From: Nitrosopumilus sp.
Lineage (GTDB): Archaea; Thermoproteota; Nitrososphaeria; Nitrososphaerales; Nitrosopumilaceae
Direction of reading: 5' to 3'
NCBI GenBank assembly: GCA_965219345.1
Contig: OZ244732.1
Location: 448,001 to 512,000 of the forward strand
DNA: 64,000 bases
Shown: piece by piece, positions 19,027 through 29,661 of the stretch
Numbering within the stretch: position 1 is the stretch's first letter
Layout of the letters: every line of letters starts with the position of its first letter
Made by a program: the position numbers and the translations under genes
Notes under the pieces: generated by a model
The model's database searches: none
Told to the model about the DNA's origin: nothing
What the model saw: the letters and a program-made list of their open reading frames with translations, nothing else

Positions 19027-19429
19027 TAGTATCAATACCAACTGATAACTTGCTAAGAAATGGTACTAGGAAAATATCTTCTCCAACTGAATACTGTTTT
19101 ACTTTTCTCTCGTTATTACTTTTTTCAATCCAACCTTTTTTCTTACGATATAATTCACTTTTAGCTGTACCTGTAAAATCAGAAGGTAGTTCTGAAAACA
19201 ATCTATTCATTTGTGTTTTTGATCCAAATTCCGGATCAGATCTTAGAAAGTCATATTTTCTTAGGATGGTGGGCTCTAATGTGAATTGTTTAGCCTCAAT
19301 AACTTGGTTACCTCCCAAAAAAGAACATCTAACCAGTTCTGTGAATAGATCATAAGACATTACCAAGTTATTTTAGTTTCTAGATTAAGACTAGATAAAT
19401 TATGTGACTATTTTTTACTCTATGATTAT

Positions 19430-19810
19430 TTAGAATCTCTTTTTGATTCCAATAATTACACTGGCTGGGATTCCAACATACATTGCAAGATTGAGAACAA
19501 CCAAACTAATTTCATAACCCAATACTGATTCTTCAGAATCCATATCAACATAATTCAAAATTGAAAGACTAGTAACCATCGGAGTAATTCCAACCTTTAC
19601 CATTTCTTTGAATACTGGATTTTCACGCTCATAATCCGCAATGTATGGACTGAATGAATAATAGAAATCATTGAATGTATTCATAAATCCTTTACCTGAT
19701 TGTGTGTTTAGTAGTTGATTGTCACGTAATTCTCTGAGTTGTTGTACTTGTGTGCTAGTTCTGTTCCATATGTGGCTGTAGCAATAAGACAACCACCACC
19801 TGTTGATGAT
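19430..19810 (-). pseudogene. CFI-box-CTERM domain remnant (thaumarchaeal surface-protein tail), frameshifted and truncated at the IS6
   Basis: GGGCLIATATYGTELA (frameshift) QVQQLRELRDN..FYYSFSP.IADYERENP. Confidence 0.85.
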
Positions 19811-19836
19811 AAACCAATCCCAAAAACCACTATGCC

Positions 19837-20841
19837 GTGTCCAAGACCGGCAACGGCCTTGTCTGTGAGTGTCCGGACCACGAAACACGAAATTCAGACT
19901 GCAAGCACATCAAGATTGTCCTTGACGTAATGAAAAGAAACGGCTGTTACAGAAACAACACATTCAGAATCATGGAAAGGGCAAACTTCAAACACTGCAA
20001 GTTTTGCAGCTCCGGCAACATTGTCAAGGCCGGACTAAAGAAGAACAAGAACACCACAATGCAACGCTTCAAGTGCCAAGACTGCAAAAAGAGATTCACC
20101 ACAAACTACGGTTTTGAGAAAATGAAGTCAAGGAACTATATCATAACCCAATCCCTACAGATGTATTTCACCGGAATGAGTTTCAGGGATATTGCAGACT
20201 GCCTTGAGCAGGAAGGAATTAACGTATTCCACATGACAGTTTCCAGATGGATTGACAAATACTCCAAACTAGCTGCAAAGTACCTGAATGGAATCGTTCC
20301 CCGTGTCGGCGGCTGGTTCCGTGCAGACGAGGTCTGGGTTAAAATCAACGGAAAGCAATGCTATCTGTTTGCCAGCATGGATGATGATACAAGGTACTGG
20401 CTTGCTTCTGATATTACTGATAACAAGTTCCAGCACAATGCAGACTCACTCCTTGACCTCACCAAGAAGCAGGCTGGCAAGTCGCCACGCAATTTCATCA
20501 CAGACGGGCTTCCTGCATACATGAAATCCAGCAAAAAGGTATTTGGCAAAAAGACCAACCATATCAGACACATACACTTAGCTGGCAAGCGTGACCGTGA
20601 CAATAACAACAAGATGGAGAGGTTGAATGGTGAGATTAGGGATCGTGAGAAGGTGTTCAGGGGATTAAAGAAAATGGATACTGCCATACTGGATGGTATG
20701 AGAGTGTATTACAACTACACGAAAAAGCATGGATCACTCAAGAGCAAAACACCAGCTCAGGCTTCCCTCATTGAAGTTGACGGCAAGAACAAGTGGAAAA
20801 CCATTATACAGAATGCAAGCCTGAACAGGGATTCTAAATAG
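19837..20841 (+). mobile_element. IS6-family (IS240-like DDE) transposase with SWIM and Zn-ribbon N-terminus, probably 5'-truncated
   Basis: CECPD..CKHI, C.FC.S..QRFKCQDC, ADEVWVK, ITDGL, NNKMERLNG. Confidence 0.88.
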
Positions 20842-21398
20842 TTCTTTTCAATCATCAACTGAATTTTTCAACAGAGAAGATTGTAGATGATGAAGGCAGT
20901 ACATAATTCCAAAAAGAATGGTCATCCTTCAAAATTTATAGACATTCCGGATTGGGGCCTGCTGAAATCGACATCAAGATGGTTTCCGTAATAACCAAAT
21001 TAAACAAAATAGGATTAAAGACACGCCAGTGTTGCCAAGGTGGTAAATGTACTATTTCAGATGATCCAAACAATGATTATTCAGCATACATAACGTTTGA
21101 TCTTAAAGGACTAACAGTAGACAAAAAAAATGGATGATGGGCCAAACGGCACTATTACACTCAGGTGGAATGTTTAGGAAAGCAGATATTACATTTATCC
21201 GCATTTGGCATTGAAGATGCTACTCTACAGTCTGGTGACGATACCTTTTGGTTGCATTCTTGCGGGTTTTTATGAACCATTGGATGCCTACCCCCACAGT
21301 ATATGTAAGACATGCGCAGCATGGTTTTCCAGTAGGCTACAAACCGATCCTTGATCGTATTCCAGAGAATTTCCATATCCCCAAGACGTTACAGAACC

Positions 21399-22132
21399 TG
21401 TAAAAGGTATTCTTGCTATATTGATAATAGCTCCACTTGTTACAATGTTATCAAAATCATGTTACCCTATGAATGAAAATTGTTCTTGGATTCCTAGTAT
21501 TATTGATTTAGATTTAATTTCTACCAAAATTCTAGAAATTGATATTTCAGTTATGGGAGCTGCTTTGGTAATAATAGGATTAATTTATAATTTAGATTTA
21601 TAATTGTTAGATGAAGACTTGCAAATGTTCTAGAGAGTCATAGAGATTTATAATAGAATCAAAGCTAAGCAAATTTCCACGAATAATCAAACCTTTGTTA
21701 GACAAATCGGGTCTGCACATAAAAAATTTGAAATTTTCTGTAAAAAAATGAATTATAATTGTTTTTGAGTATATACAAAATTTTACTTACATAGTCCAAA
21801 TCGCATTGCAATTGGATCATCACATAAATCATCAAAATCATCAGATGTTGTTCTAAAATCAACGGTTTCTAATTTTACATTAGTAAAACAGGCGTATGGA
21901 TCACCTACTATGCTTTGACCACATATACCATCATAAATTCCATATCCTGAAACCCTATCACCACTGAGTAATCGTTCAGGATAACTCAAATATGCAGAAA
22001 ACTGCGTGTTCATTTGTAATGTAGATGTGCTCCACACTTGAACATCATACCCTTGATGCGATTCATTAACAGCAGTTACAGTACCTGAAACATATGCAAC
22101 TTTACCTTTATGCTCATCTTCATATCTAATCA
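21399..22132 (-). repeat. 734-bp inverted duplicate of 9690-10423 (includes palindrome copy D at 21668-21740)
   Basis: Reverse-complement identity. Confidence 0.95.
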
Positions 22133-22664
22133 GGTCATCATAAGATCCTTCAAAAAATACAGGATTTTCATAAACAGCTTCATGTAAAAGGTCTGTGTCT
22201 AGTGGAGTTAGGCTAACTGCTACAATAAATAAGAAAAAACTTATGGTAAGAGCCATTATTACAGTAAAAATTTTCTTGTGTTTTATTTGTCCTTTTTTCT
22301 TAGGTTTATCAGCCTTTGAACTATATTCATAATCTTCTTTCTTAGATACATTTGAAAGAGTAGAAGAACCACATTTTGTACAGAAATTGTTATTTGATTC
22401 TAATTTAGTACCACACTTGCCACAAAAAGTTTCTTGTGTTTTAGTCTCATTTTCAACATTATTGTCTGATGATGGAACTTTTGATTCCTCACTTTTTTTA
22501 TCCTTTGACAAAAGGTGATTTTTTATGAGATCATAAACATAATTTCTGTCAGAGGAATACAATTCTTTGTTATTTTCTATAGTCTGTTTGATGTGTTCAA
22601 GTCTGGATGGATCACCTACACCTTTACTAATCAATGCGTTCACATCATCTAAAAGACCAGTCAT
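21783..22664 (-). CDS. Zinc-ribbon membrane protein with C-terminal OB-fold-like domain
   Basis: GD..RL.HI N-terminus, FCGKCG..FCTKCG, one TM helix, G.V..V..GD.V.GYG. Confidence 0.78.
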   Translation of the reverse strand: MTGLLDDVNALISKGVGDPSRLEHIKQTIENNKELYSSDRNYVYDLIKNHLLSKDKKSEESKVPSSDNNVENETKTQETFCGKCGTKLESNNNFCTKCGSSTLSNVSKKEDYEYSSKADKPKKKGQIKHKKIFTVIMALTISFFLFIVAVSLTPLDTDLLHEAVYENPVFFEGSYDDLIRYEDEHKGKVAYVSGTVTAVNESHQGYDVQVWSTSTLQMNTQFSAYLSYPERLLSGDRVSGYGIYDGICGQSIVGDPYACFTNVKLETVDFRTTSDDFDDLCDDPIAMRFGLCK

Positions 22665-22703
22665 GAACAGTTACTAATTTTCTAGTATATGAAAATACAA
22701 ATA

Positions 22704-22886
22704 CTATTTCATTTCCTCTAAAATTTCGGGATCATATTGATTCTTCTGAATAACCTCAATCTGAATACCATCTAGATTCTTTAGTTTATACAGCAACCAA
22801 ACAGAGAAAATCCCCAAAGAAATCCATATTCCGAATGGAATAGCAGCAATTACGCCTAGAATTATGCCCAAAAATACTATTCTCAT
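22704..22886 (-). CDS. Small membrane protein
   Basis: 60-aa ORF with hydrophobic N-terminal half. Confidence 0.5.
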   Translation of the reverse strand: MRIVFLGIILGVIAAIPFGIWISLGIFSVWLLYKLKNLDGIQIEVIQKNQYDPEILEEMK

Positions 22887-22989
22887 AGATTAGTTATTTG
22901 TAAAAATTGTTTAAAAAAGATTACTATGAAATTATATCTTTATTTTTTAAATTAATGTAAATTATTCAAAAAAATCTTTCCATTTTGGA

Positions 22990-23724
22990 TTAAGCTCTTT
23001 CAAGAATCTTTTTGGTTTCTTCCATTACCGCATCCGCCTTTGATTTCTCTACTAAATCCCCAAGAAAATATTGACGAACATTTACACTTGCATCAATTGT
23101 GATACTGTCATCTCTAGAATATTTTGTACTAGGTAAATTATAATAGAATTTAGATTTACATTTGTTACATTGTTTATCTAGGTCGTGAGTTAACTTATTT
23201 TTTGTTATAGATCCATAATGTTTGAATCCTATTAGTTTACCATTACAAATAGGACAAATCTTATTTTGATAATCTATTTTTGGATAATTCCACCTCTTTT
23301 CAGTTTTTCCATCAATTTGTAATTTTATTAGAAAACTATTATTTAGATTTGAAGAAGGATTATTTTCTATTTTAGTAGGTGTAAATCTAATTTTTGGTTT
23401 ATGTTTTCGATTATTTACATAGATAGATATGGATTAATTGTATAGCAATACAGCTTTTTTCTTATCTATTATTTTGTAAAATTTTTCACCTTTGTTTCCA
23501 ATTTTAGAGAGATCAATTATTTCATCATCTAGAAGTTTTTTTGTGATATTTCTTACAGTTTTCTCTGAATATTGACCAGACAACCGTAATTTCATCTCTT
23601 TATCTGAAAACTCCATGTATATTTTACTTGTAAATCCCTGAACAATAATTTCCAAATATTCTTTCATACAATTAGTCTTGTTAGAAATGGCTCGATTTAG
23701 AGTGGTATTTCTGTTTTCCAACAA
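22990..23724 (-). pseudogene. Winged-HTH + Zn-ribbon protein with in-frame TAA at 23434-23436
   Basis: The same frame continues about 147 codons past the stop, with CPIC...CNKC. Confidence 0.6.
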
Positions 23725-24059
23725 TATGTAGAAATTACTTCTAATATAATATCATGGCACCAAAATCAGACTCTAAAAAAGACATATCTCGCGCTAAATC
23801 GTGACACCAAGATTGACCCAGGTAGATTTGGGAATCGTGGTGATACATGGGATGAAATTTTGTACAGAATTATGACTCATCTTGAATCTTGTGAGGAATA
23901 GAAAAAGGAAATTATGCAGTATGTGACCCCAATTTCTGCATATTCTATTCACAAATCTGCTAAGGAGTGTATTTATCATGAATTAGGGATTTTAATGAAT
24001 TTAAAACACTTGAAGTAGAAAGTTGCTGTTCAAATACTCCGATCTATGAAATTTCCTAT

Positions 24060-24236
24060 AATTATCTTTCAAGAAAATGCGTAAAGATTGAATCATTAAG
24101 CAATGTTGCGATAACTGTTTTCCCACTTTTGGTGGGCCTAAGAATGCTACAATATTTTCATCAGACAGATCTTCTTTTACTCTTGTTAACAGAGGATTTG
24201 TATCGATTCATCATTTACTTCGTTTTCTTTACTCAT
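24060..24236 (-). pseudogene. P-loop NTPase N-terminal remnant
   Basis: ATG directly after the upstream stop; NIVAFLGPP(frameshift)SGKTVIATLL. Confidence 0.5.
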
Positions 24237-26363
24237 CTAATTCACCATCTTTATTGGATATGTAGGAATAAACCTACCTTTTACTATATCATAATATTTT
24301 TCAAATTTGCTGATAAAAAATTTTGATGAACGTCTCTTACCAACTTTTGGATAACACATGCCAATACAAATTCTTGTAGCACCTACTCCATCAAAATGAT
24401 GTTCTGAAAATTGTTCTTTTTCATATTCTTTTAACGTTTCAATAGAATTTCTGATTATTTCATCAATTTCTCCAATTGTTTGAAATCCTAATTCTTCTAA
24501 TTCATCTACTAATTCCTGAATCTTTTGATCTGATTGTTTTTGTCTTAAATAGAAACGCCAGTCAATATAGAGTTTAAAACGATGAATGTTTATTTTCAAT
24601 TCTTTGTCAGCAAACTCATTATTTTTTAATAATTTAACGTAGGTTATTCTTCCAGCTGAATACTTGTCAATGATTTCAGTTTTTTCTAACGAATCAATTC
24701 TATTTCGAATCATAGATTCAGTAATATCCCCACCATTCAATAATTCAATTATTTCTTTTATTGACATACCACCACCACGTAACATTCTCTTGATCATTCT
24801 ATCTATGACATTTCTTCTTAGTTTATCTAGAAATGGAGCAACAATTCTTGTCTGTTCTGCAAGATATGATATTTGATCAAAAATAGTAGTAGTGAAATCT
24901 TTTGTGTGATTAATGTGCTCTTGTCTGAGGATTTCATCCCATACCAAGTCCCAATCAAAAGATCCATGTTGCAGTTCATGAGGCGTATTTGGACTGCCTG
25001 TAACCAGCGCTGCCATATCTTGTATATCGCCTTCCCTATTTGCTATTGCTTTGAGTAGAAATACGTGCTCATTTCTTAGCAATGCTACTTTTAATTTTCC
25101 ATAATCTCTGATGTCTGCTTTTTCTTTCATAATGGAAGATAATGTTAGATCTTGCATTATTGTTGCTGTGAATAAATCAACTCTACTTTTCTTTTCATGT
25201 TCAAAAATATCATCTGGTTTTATTCTTCTGTCTTCATCAGAATATTTTGTTTTTAGTCTCCTGTCATATTTCATATTAGTAAGAGTTTGTGCTAAATCAT
25301 CAAAATCACCTTTAGTTTCCACTACAATGTCACAATCTTTTGTACTATCTTTCAATGATTTGATTCGCATGTTTTCACCACCAAACAGATAGATTGTCAT
25401 CGGTTTTTCTAACTCATCACTAATTTCCCTGAATAATAACTTACTAGGCTCTGGTAATGTATATTTTTCAATTGGTATATCATACAATTTTGCTTTAGAT
25501 AGAAATTCATCCCATGGTAAAAATAAATCCGTATTTTTCAATTGTTTTTTACGTATGTAAGCTTCAACGTCAAACCATATTTCTGATATTCCCAACTCTG
25601 ATGATTTTTTCCTTAGCTGTAGAATATCCATTTTATCTTTATGTTTTGCATAAAAGACTATACTCATTAGTAATTCCATTTTATTTTTTGAATAATTTGC
25701 AGAATAAACTGCATGCAATAAAATATCTTGTATTTCTAAATCTTCTTTTTGTTCACAAAAATAATCATGTGTAGGTTGATATTCTATTTCATAGTCTGAA
25801 AATAATGTAAACCCCGTGGTTGCACCTTTTGCAATTTTCCCATTTGGGGTTTTTCTTAATATTGTTGAATTATTATTATTATAAATGATTTCAGTATTTC
25901 CATCTTCATACTTGCTCTCTCTTTCAGTTTTTAATAATTTCGTAAATAAAACTAGTTGTTCTTTTGACTCGTCAATATTTATTATATCATCATCTTTTAG
26001 GATAGCACCTATAGATTGTAAATCTGAGATAGCTCTGTAGGCAGTTGCCTTTGATAATCCTGATTTTTTTATTAATTGATCTACTGTAATATTTTCATCT
26101 ATGTTTGAAAGTATTACCTCGTTTGATTCACGAAGTAATTTTTCAACATCTACATTTTGTGTAATATCTCTGAATAGTGTAGCTTTTGGTGTTTCTTTTA
26201 ATCTGATTACTGTGTTTTCTTTTTCTATGTAATCTTCTTCCCCGAGATTTTTTATTATGTATGCTAATCGTCTATCCTTTATTCCTAACAAGTCTAGTAA
26301 CTCGTTTGTTTCTTTTTGTTCTTTTACCAATGATCTGAGTAGCTTTATTGAAGTGATATCCAT
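24237..26363 (-). CDS. Multi-wHTH + DUF6036-like nucleotidyltransferase fusion protein
   Basis: wHTH (GLSKATAYRAI), YLFGG.NM..KDSTKDCDIVV, LLKAIANREGD..D, further wHTH. Confidence 0.75.
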   Translation of the reverse strand: MDITSIKLLRSLVKEQKETNELLDLLGIKDRRLAYIIKNLGEEDYIEKENTVIRLKETPKATLFRDITQNVDVEKLLRESNEVILSNIDENITVDQLIKKSGLSKATAYRAISDLQSIGAILKDDDIINIDESKEQLVLFTKLLKTERESKYEDGNTEIIYNNNNSTILRKTPNGKIAKGATTGFTLFSDYEIEYQPTHDYFCEQKEDLEIQDILLHAVYSANYSKNKMELLMSIVFYAKHKDKMDILQLRKKSSELGISEIWFDVEAYIRKKQLKNTDLFLPWDEFLSKAKLYDIPIEKYTLPEPSKLLFREISDELEKPMTIYLFGGENMRIKSLKDSTKDCDIVVETKGDFDDLAQTLTNMKYDRRLKTKYSDEDRRIKPDDIFEHEKKSRVDLFTATIMQDLTLSSIMKEKADIRDYGKLKVALLRNEHVFLLKAIANREGDIQDMAALVTGSPNTPHELQHGSFDWDLVWDEILRQEHINHTKDFTTTIFDQISYLAEQTRIVAPFLDKLRRNVIDRMIKRMLRGGGMSIKEIIELLNGGDITESMIRNRIDSLEKTEIIDKYSAGRITYVKLLKNNEFADKELKINIHRFKLYIDWRFYLRQKQSDQKIQELVDELEELGFQTIGEIDEIIRNSIETLKEYEKEQFSEHHFDGVGATRICIGMCYPKVGKRRSSKFFISKFEKYYDIVKGRFIPTYPIKMVN

Positions 26364-26438
26364 TTAGTATTATTATAATGCTTTTCTTTATATAGTTTTG
26401 CACTAATTTGAGACTAATTATGTATATTTAACATATTT

Positions 26439-26921
26439 TCAAACGGATTTACAAATTTCAATTTTTGGTCTTTCAACCAGAGTTTTATTAATAGATTTCA
26501 AGCCTGAATGATAATTTACCTGAAGAAAATACAACATGGCATTATCTTGTGTAACATCCAGTCCAGTTTCACAACTCTTTTGTGAGGCATATTCATGAAA
26601 ATGTTTCTTTAAATTTTCTACATCTCCATATGTGTACTCACTTGGGGAATTTGGATTATAATCAGTATCAAATGAAAATCTATGATCAATTAGAGATACC
26701 AAGCTTCTTACTGAATGTCCCCCTTTTAGAACAAGTCGTTTTTTATAATATCCGTCCTGTATTTTTTCTAAAGCGTATAACATATCTAAAACGCATAATT
26801 CAGAAAGCAGGAAAGGCCTATTTTCTTGCCCACCAAAATGCCTCTTAAATTCATCCTTCACTAATAATTCCGGTTTTTCAAAATCAATGGATCTTTCATC
26901 GAGATTAAAAAAAATACCCAC
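26439..26921 (-). pseudogene. AbiEii-like nucleotidyltransferase toxin, C-terminally truncated
   Basis: LVLKGG.S....HRFSFDTDY, KIEI; lacks the C-terminal helical part. Confidence 0.7.
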
Positions 26922-26922
26922 T

Positions 26923-27474
26923 CTAATTCACTAATCCTGCATTTTTATTATATGAAATTCCTTCTCGATATACTATTTTATCATCTTTCATTGGTTGCCC
27001 TATCATGATATTTTTTGGAAATTGTTTAAAATAACCAATCTCTTCTTTTGTTATTTCCCAAAATAGTTCATATGGTTTGTAAGTTCTAATTATCATGTTT
27101 GCAGGTCCAACAGGTCTCCCTAGTTCATAATTTAAAATATAGTATGCTTGTGGCCCATCAATATATGCCGGTACACAGTCAAATAGCAATGAAATCTCAC
27201 TTATTGAATCAGATTCTCTTAGACAAATTCCTAAATATTTTTCAAACCAAATAAACATATCAGTTGCTTCATTTACCATCAGTTCATTATTTCGTTTTAT
27301 GATAAGATCAACTTCTTCTAATTTCTTAATAATATCAAAAGCAGCCCGTTTACTTATTTGAAGATCCTTTACTATGTCATTTAATGTAATGAATTTTTCA
27401 AACACAAGTGCTAAATAAACTAAGTATGAACCTCTATAACCTAAAACTTGTAATTCTTTTTCATTCTTAATCAT
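26923..27474 (-). CDS. Winged-helix protein, putative AbiEi-like antitoxin
   Basis: N-terminal wHTH (LQISKRAAFDIIKKLEE); directly upstream of the AbiEii-like gene. Confidence 0.6.
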   Translation of the reverse strand: MIKNEKELQVLGYRGSYLVYLALVFEKFITLNDIVKDLQISKRAAFDIIKKLEEVDLIIKRNNELMVNEATDMFIWFEKYLGICLRESDSISEISLLFDCVPAYIDGPQAYYILNYELGRPVGPANMIIRTYKPYELFWEITKEEIGYFKQFPKNIMIGQPMKDDKIVYREGISYNKNAGLVN

Positions 27475-27483
27475 TAAGGGAAG

Positions 27484-27810
27484 TTATGCAATCCAAATAT
27501 TGGAGGCTCCTACCTTCTGAGCACCTGAATTAATCAATTCATTTGGAATGGCTGCACCGTCTTTACGTATTCTTTCATGTGCATATTCTTGAAACATTGG
27601 TTCTTTCATCCTATTAATTACTAAAGATGATTCATCCTCTGATTTCACACACATGTCGAGTGGTTCTTTTCTAGGATTCTTTACATAATTACAAGAGCGA
27701 CAAAGTAATTGCAAGTTTGTGAGTGTGTTGTTAGAATTATCATTGTCTCCATGATCAATAATTAGTTGTATTTCGTGAGGAAGTTTTTTACAACATCTAC
27801 AGTAATCTCC
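27484..27810 (-). pseudogene. HNH endonuclease fragment
   Basis: Manual translation GDYCRCC...IDHGDNDNSNN.LTNLQLLCRSCN. Confidence 0.75.
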
Positions 27811-27869
27811 TTACCTATCCGACCAACAGTGACAGTATGATCTAAATAGTAGTCCAAACAATTCAAGAT

Positions 27870-28554
27870 ACCCAAAAACACGGTGAGTGACGGTAAGTCT
27901 AAAGCCTTATCTCACAAATCATTCTTTTATTATATACAAAAAAAAATAATCATAACTGGTTAACTTGAGTAGTATTCCATCTAAACCTGTAGGTAGATTT
28001 TGGGCTTGTCTTTTTGCTCCTACAATTCTTGCATTACTCTATACACAAAAGATGAAGAAAACTAGAAAATGGATTGTGATTCAGGTGATTTTCTTAATTA
28101 CTAGTATACCAATTCGCCACAAAACAGAGAATTGCCCAATGTTCCCAATGTGGGATTCGCATATGTATCTGTGAGACGTACAAATCCTGTACCAATTCGC
28201 AGGAAAAAACTTACAGAAGTACTCAAATAAATGGAAGGAATGTCTCCAAGGTGTTAACACTGGGTGTTAACACTGTTAACACTAGGCGTCTACACTTTGA
28301 CTACACTAGGCGTCTACACTTTGACTACACTAGGCGTCTACACTTTGACTACACTAGGCGTCTACACTTTGACTACACTAGGCGTCTACACTTTGACTAC
28401 ACTAGCTATCGTCACTTAGAAACAAATCGGTGTATGCTCTAGATGGAAGTCTATTTTTGACGAATTCGAGACTTGTTTTTAGACTTCCATTTTTTGTTTT
28501 GTATGTAAGTTGTAATTTAATGACATGACCCAAAAACACGGTGAGTGACGGTAA
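27870..28554 (+). repeat. Direct repeat pair acccaaaaacacggtgagtgacggtaa (27870-27896 and 28528-28554)
   Basis: 27-bp identity plus degenerate extension to cattctttt. Confidence 0.85.
28279..28405. repeat. 24-bp tandem repeat x5 (acactaggcgtctacactttgact)
   Basis: Identical contiguous units, preceded by three gttaacac palindromes. Confidence 0.95.
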
Positions 28555-28605
28555 AATCCTAACCTATCTACAAACCATTCTTTTTTATAGTAATCATATC
28601 AAGGC

Positions 28606-29661
28606 ATGTATATGCGACTCCTGTTTCTTGCAGTACTGCTTTCTATTGTTATTATTGGCAGTTTTGGTGTGGCATACGCCGCTGATCAAACGGTATCATA
28701 CGACAACACCGCAATTCCCGACAATCTGCCCGATGTAGTGTACAGGGCAACCCTTACCAGCACCCATGACACGATAGTGATTGAATGGGAAGAACCCGCA
28801 CGCACACCCAACGACTACCGTGTAATGTACACAAAGGCAGGCGAAAAATTTCATAGCTGGAAGGACCTTGACTGGAACGCATTTCCCGTGAATCCATCCC
28901 ATACCATCACGGACCTTGAGGAAGACACGGAATACAAACTAAAGATACGTCCAAGGTACGGCGACAGCTCCGGCCCCTGGACCAATAAGATTATGATTAC
29001 AACAGGCCCGACACCGCCAGAGCCACCACTGACACCGGAAACAGAAACAGAGCCGGAAGCAGAACCAGAAGATCATACAGCAGAATTGACAGAGCTTCAA
29101 AACCAGCTCAATGACGCACTTGCAGAGATTGACAGATTAAATGACCTGGTGCAGGAGTTGCAGGCATTACTGAATTCAGCACCGGAACTGGGACCATCCA
29201 TCAGAACCGACAAACAGGAATATGAAATAGGTGAGACAATACACATTACAGGATTGAAAAAAATATACCCTGAACAAATAACCATCCAAGATGAAATACA
29301 CGACCTGACAAAAACCAATTGGATTATATCAATACAGAAACATCAACAATACAACCACGGATCCGCTATATGGAGCGGTTGTAATTACACAACTTGGACT
29401 GATCCATCCATTAATGACAGTGGTAGCTGTCTTCAAAGTCCAGATAATGGTAATAGCGTTCACCAAAGATCAGAAGTAATAATAAATGACGATGGAACAT
29501 TTGCAGTAGACATACTGATTAAAGAAGGAATAAAACACGATTACTACAGCAAAGGGGAATACGTCCTTAGACAATTTAATGAAGGAAGTTATGGATATTA
29601 TCCAACTGGTGAAAATGTGCGTGATAGATTTGAATCACCCGTATTCTTTGTAAATGAATAA
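28606..29661 (+). CDS. Secreted fibronectin type III domain protein with Pro/Glu linker and coiled coil
   Basis: Signal peptide; IEWEEP..YRVMY..ITDLEEDTEYKLKIR; TDKQEY.IGETI.ITG. Confidence 0.8.
   Translation: MYMRLLFLAVLLSIVIIGSFGVAYAADQTVSYDNTAIPDNLPDVVYRATLTSTHDTIVIEWEEPARTPNDYRVMYTKAGEKFHSWKDLDWNAFPVNPSHTITDLEEDTEYKLKIRPRYGDSSGPWTNKIMITTGPTPPEPPLTPETETEPEAEPEDHTAELTELQNQLNDALAEIDRLNDLVQELQALLNSAPELGPSIRTDKQEYEIGETIHITGLKKIYPEQITIQDEIHDLTKTNWIISIQKHQQYNHGSAIWSGCNYTTWTDPSINDSGSCLQSPDNGNSVHQRSEVIINDDGTFAVDILIKEGIKHDYYSKGEYVLRQFNEGSYGYYPTGENVRDRFESPVFFVNE

Larger units (their letters stand above)
17290..19366 (-). pseudogene. DUF3800-like RNase H-fold protein (~326 aa) with N-terminal extension, interrupted by IS630
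   Basis: Removing the IS and one TA rejoins ...LSVGIDT|SSKDDDTYVCIAFF in frame; EFKWNKL, IHCDSD and DSHESEPIQIADILCG (QxAD) motifs. Confidence 0.82.

Noticed and set aside
20880-21400. Small ORFs after the IS6 transposase
   Set aside because: Short and apparently broken; no supportable family call
28251-28442. ORF of RRLHFDYT repeats
   Set aside because: By-product of the 24-bp tandem repeat; no coding evidence
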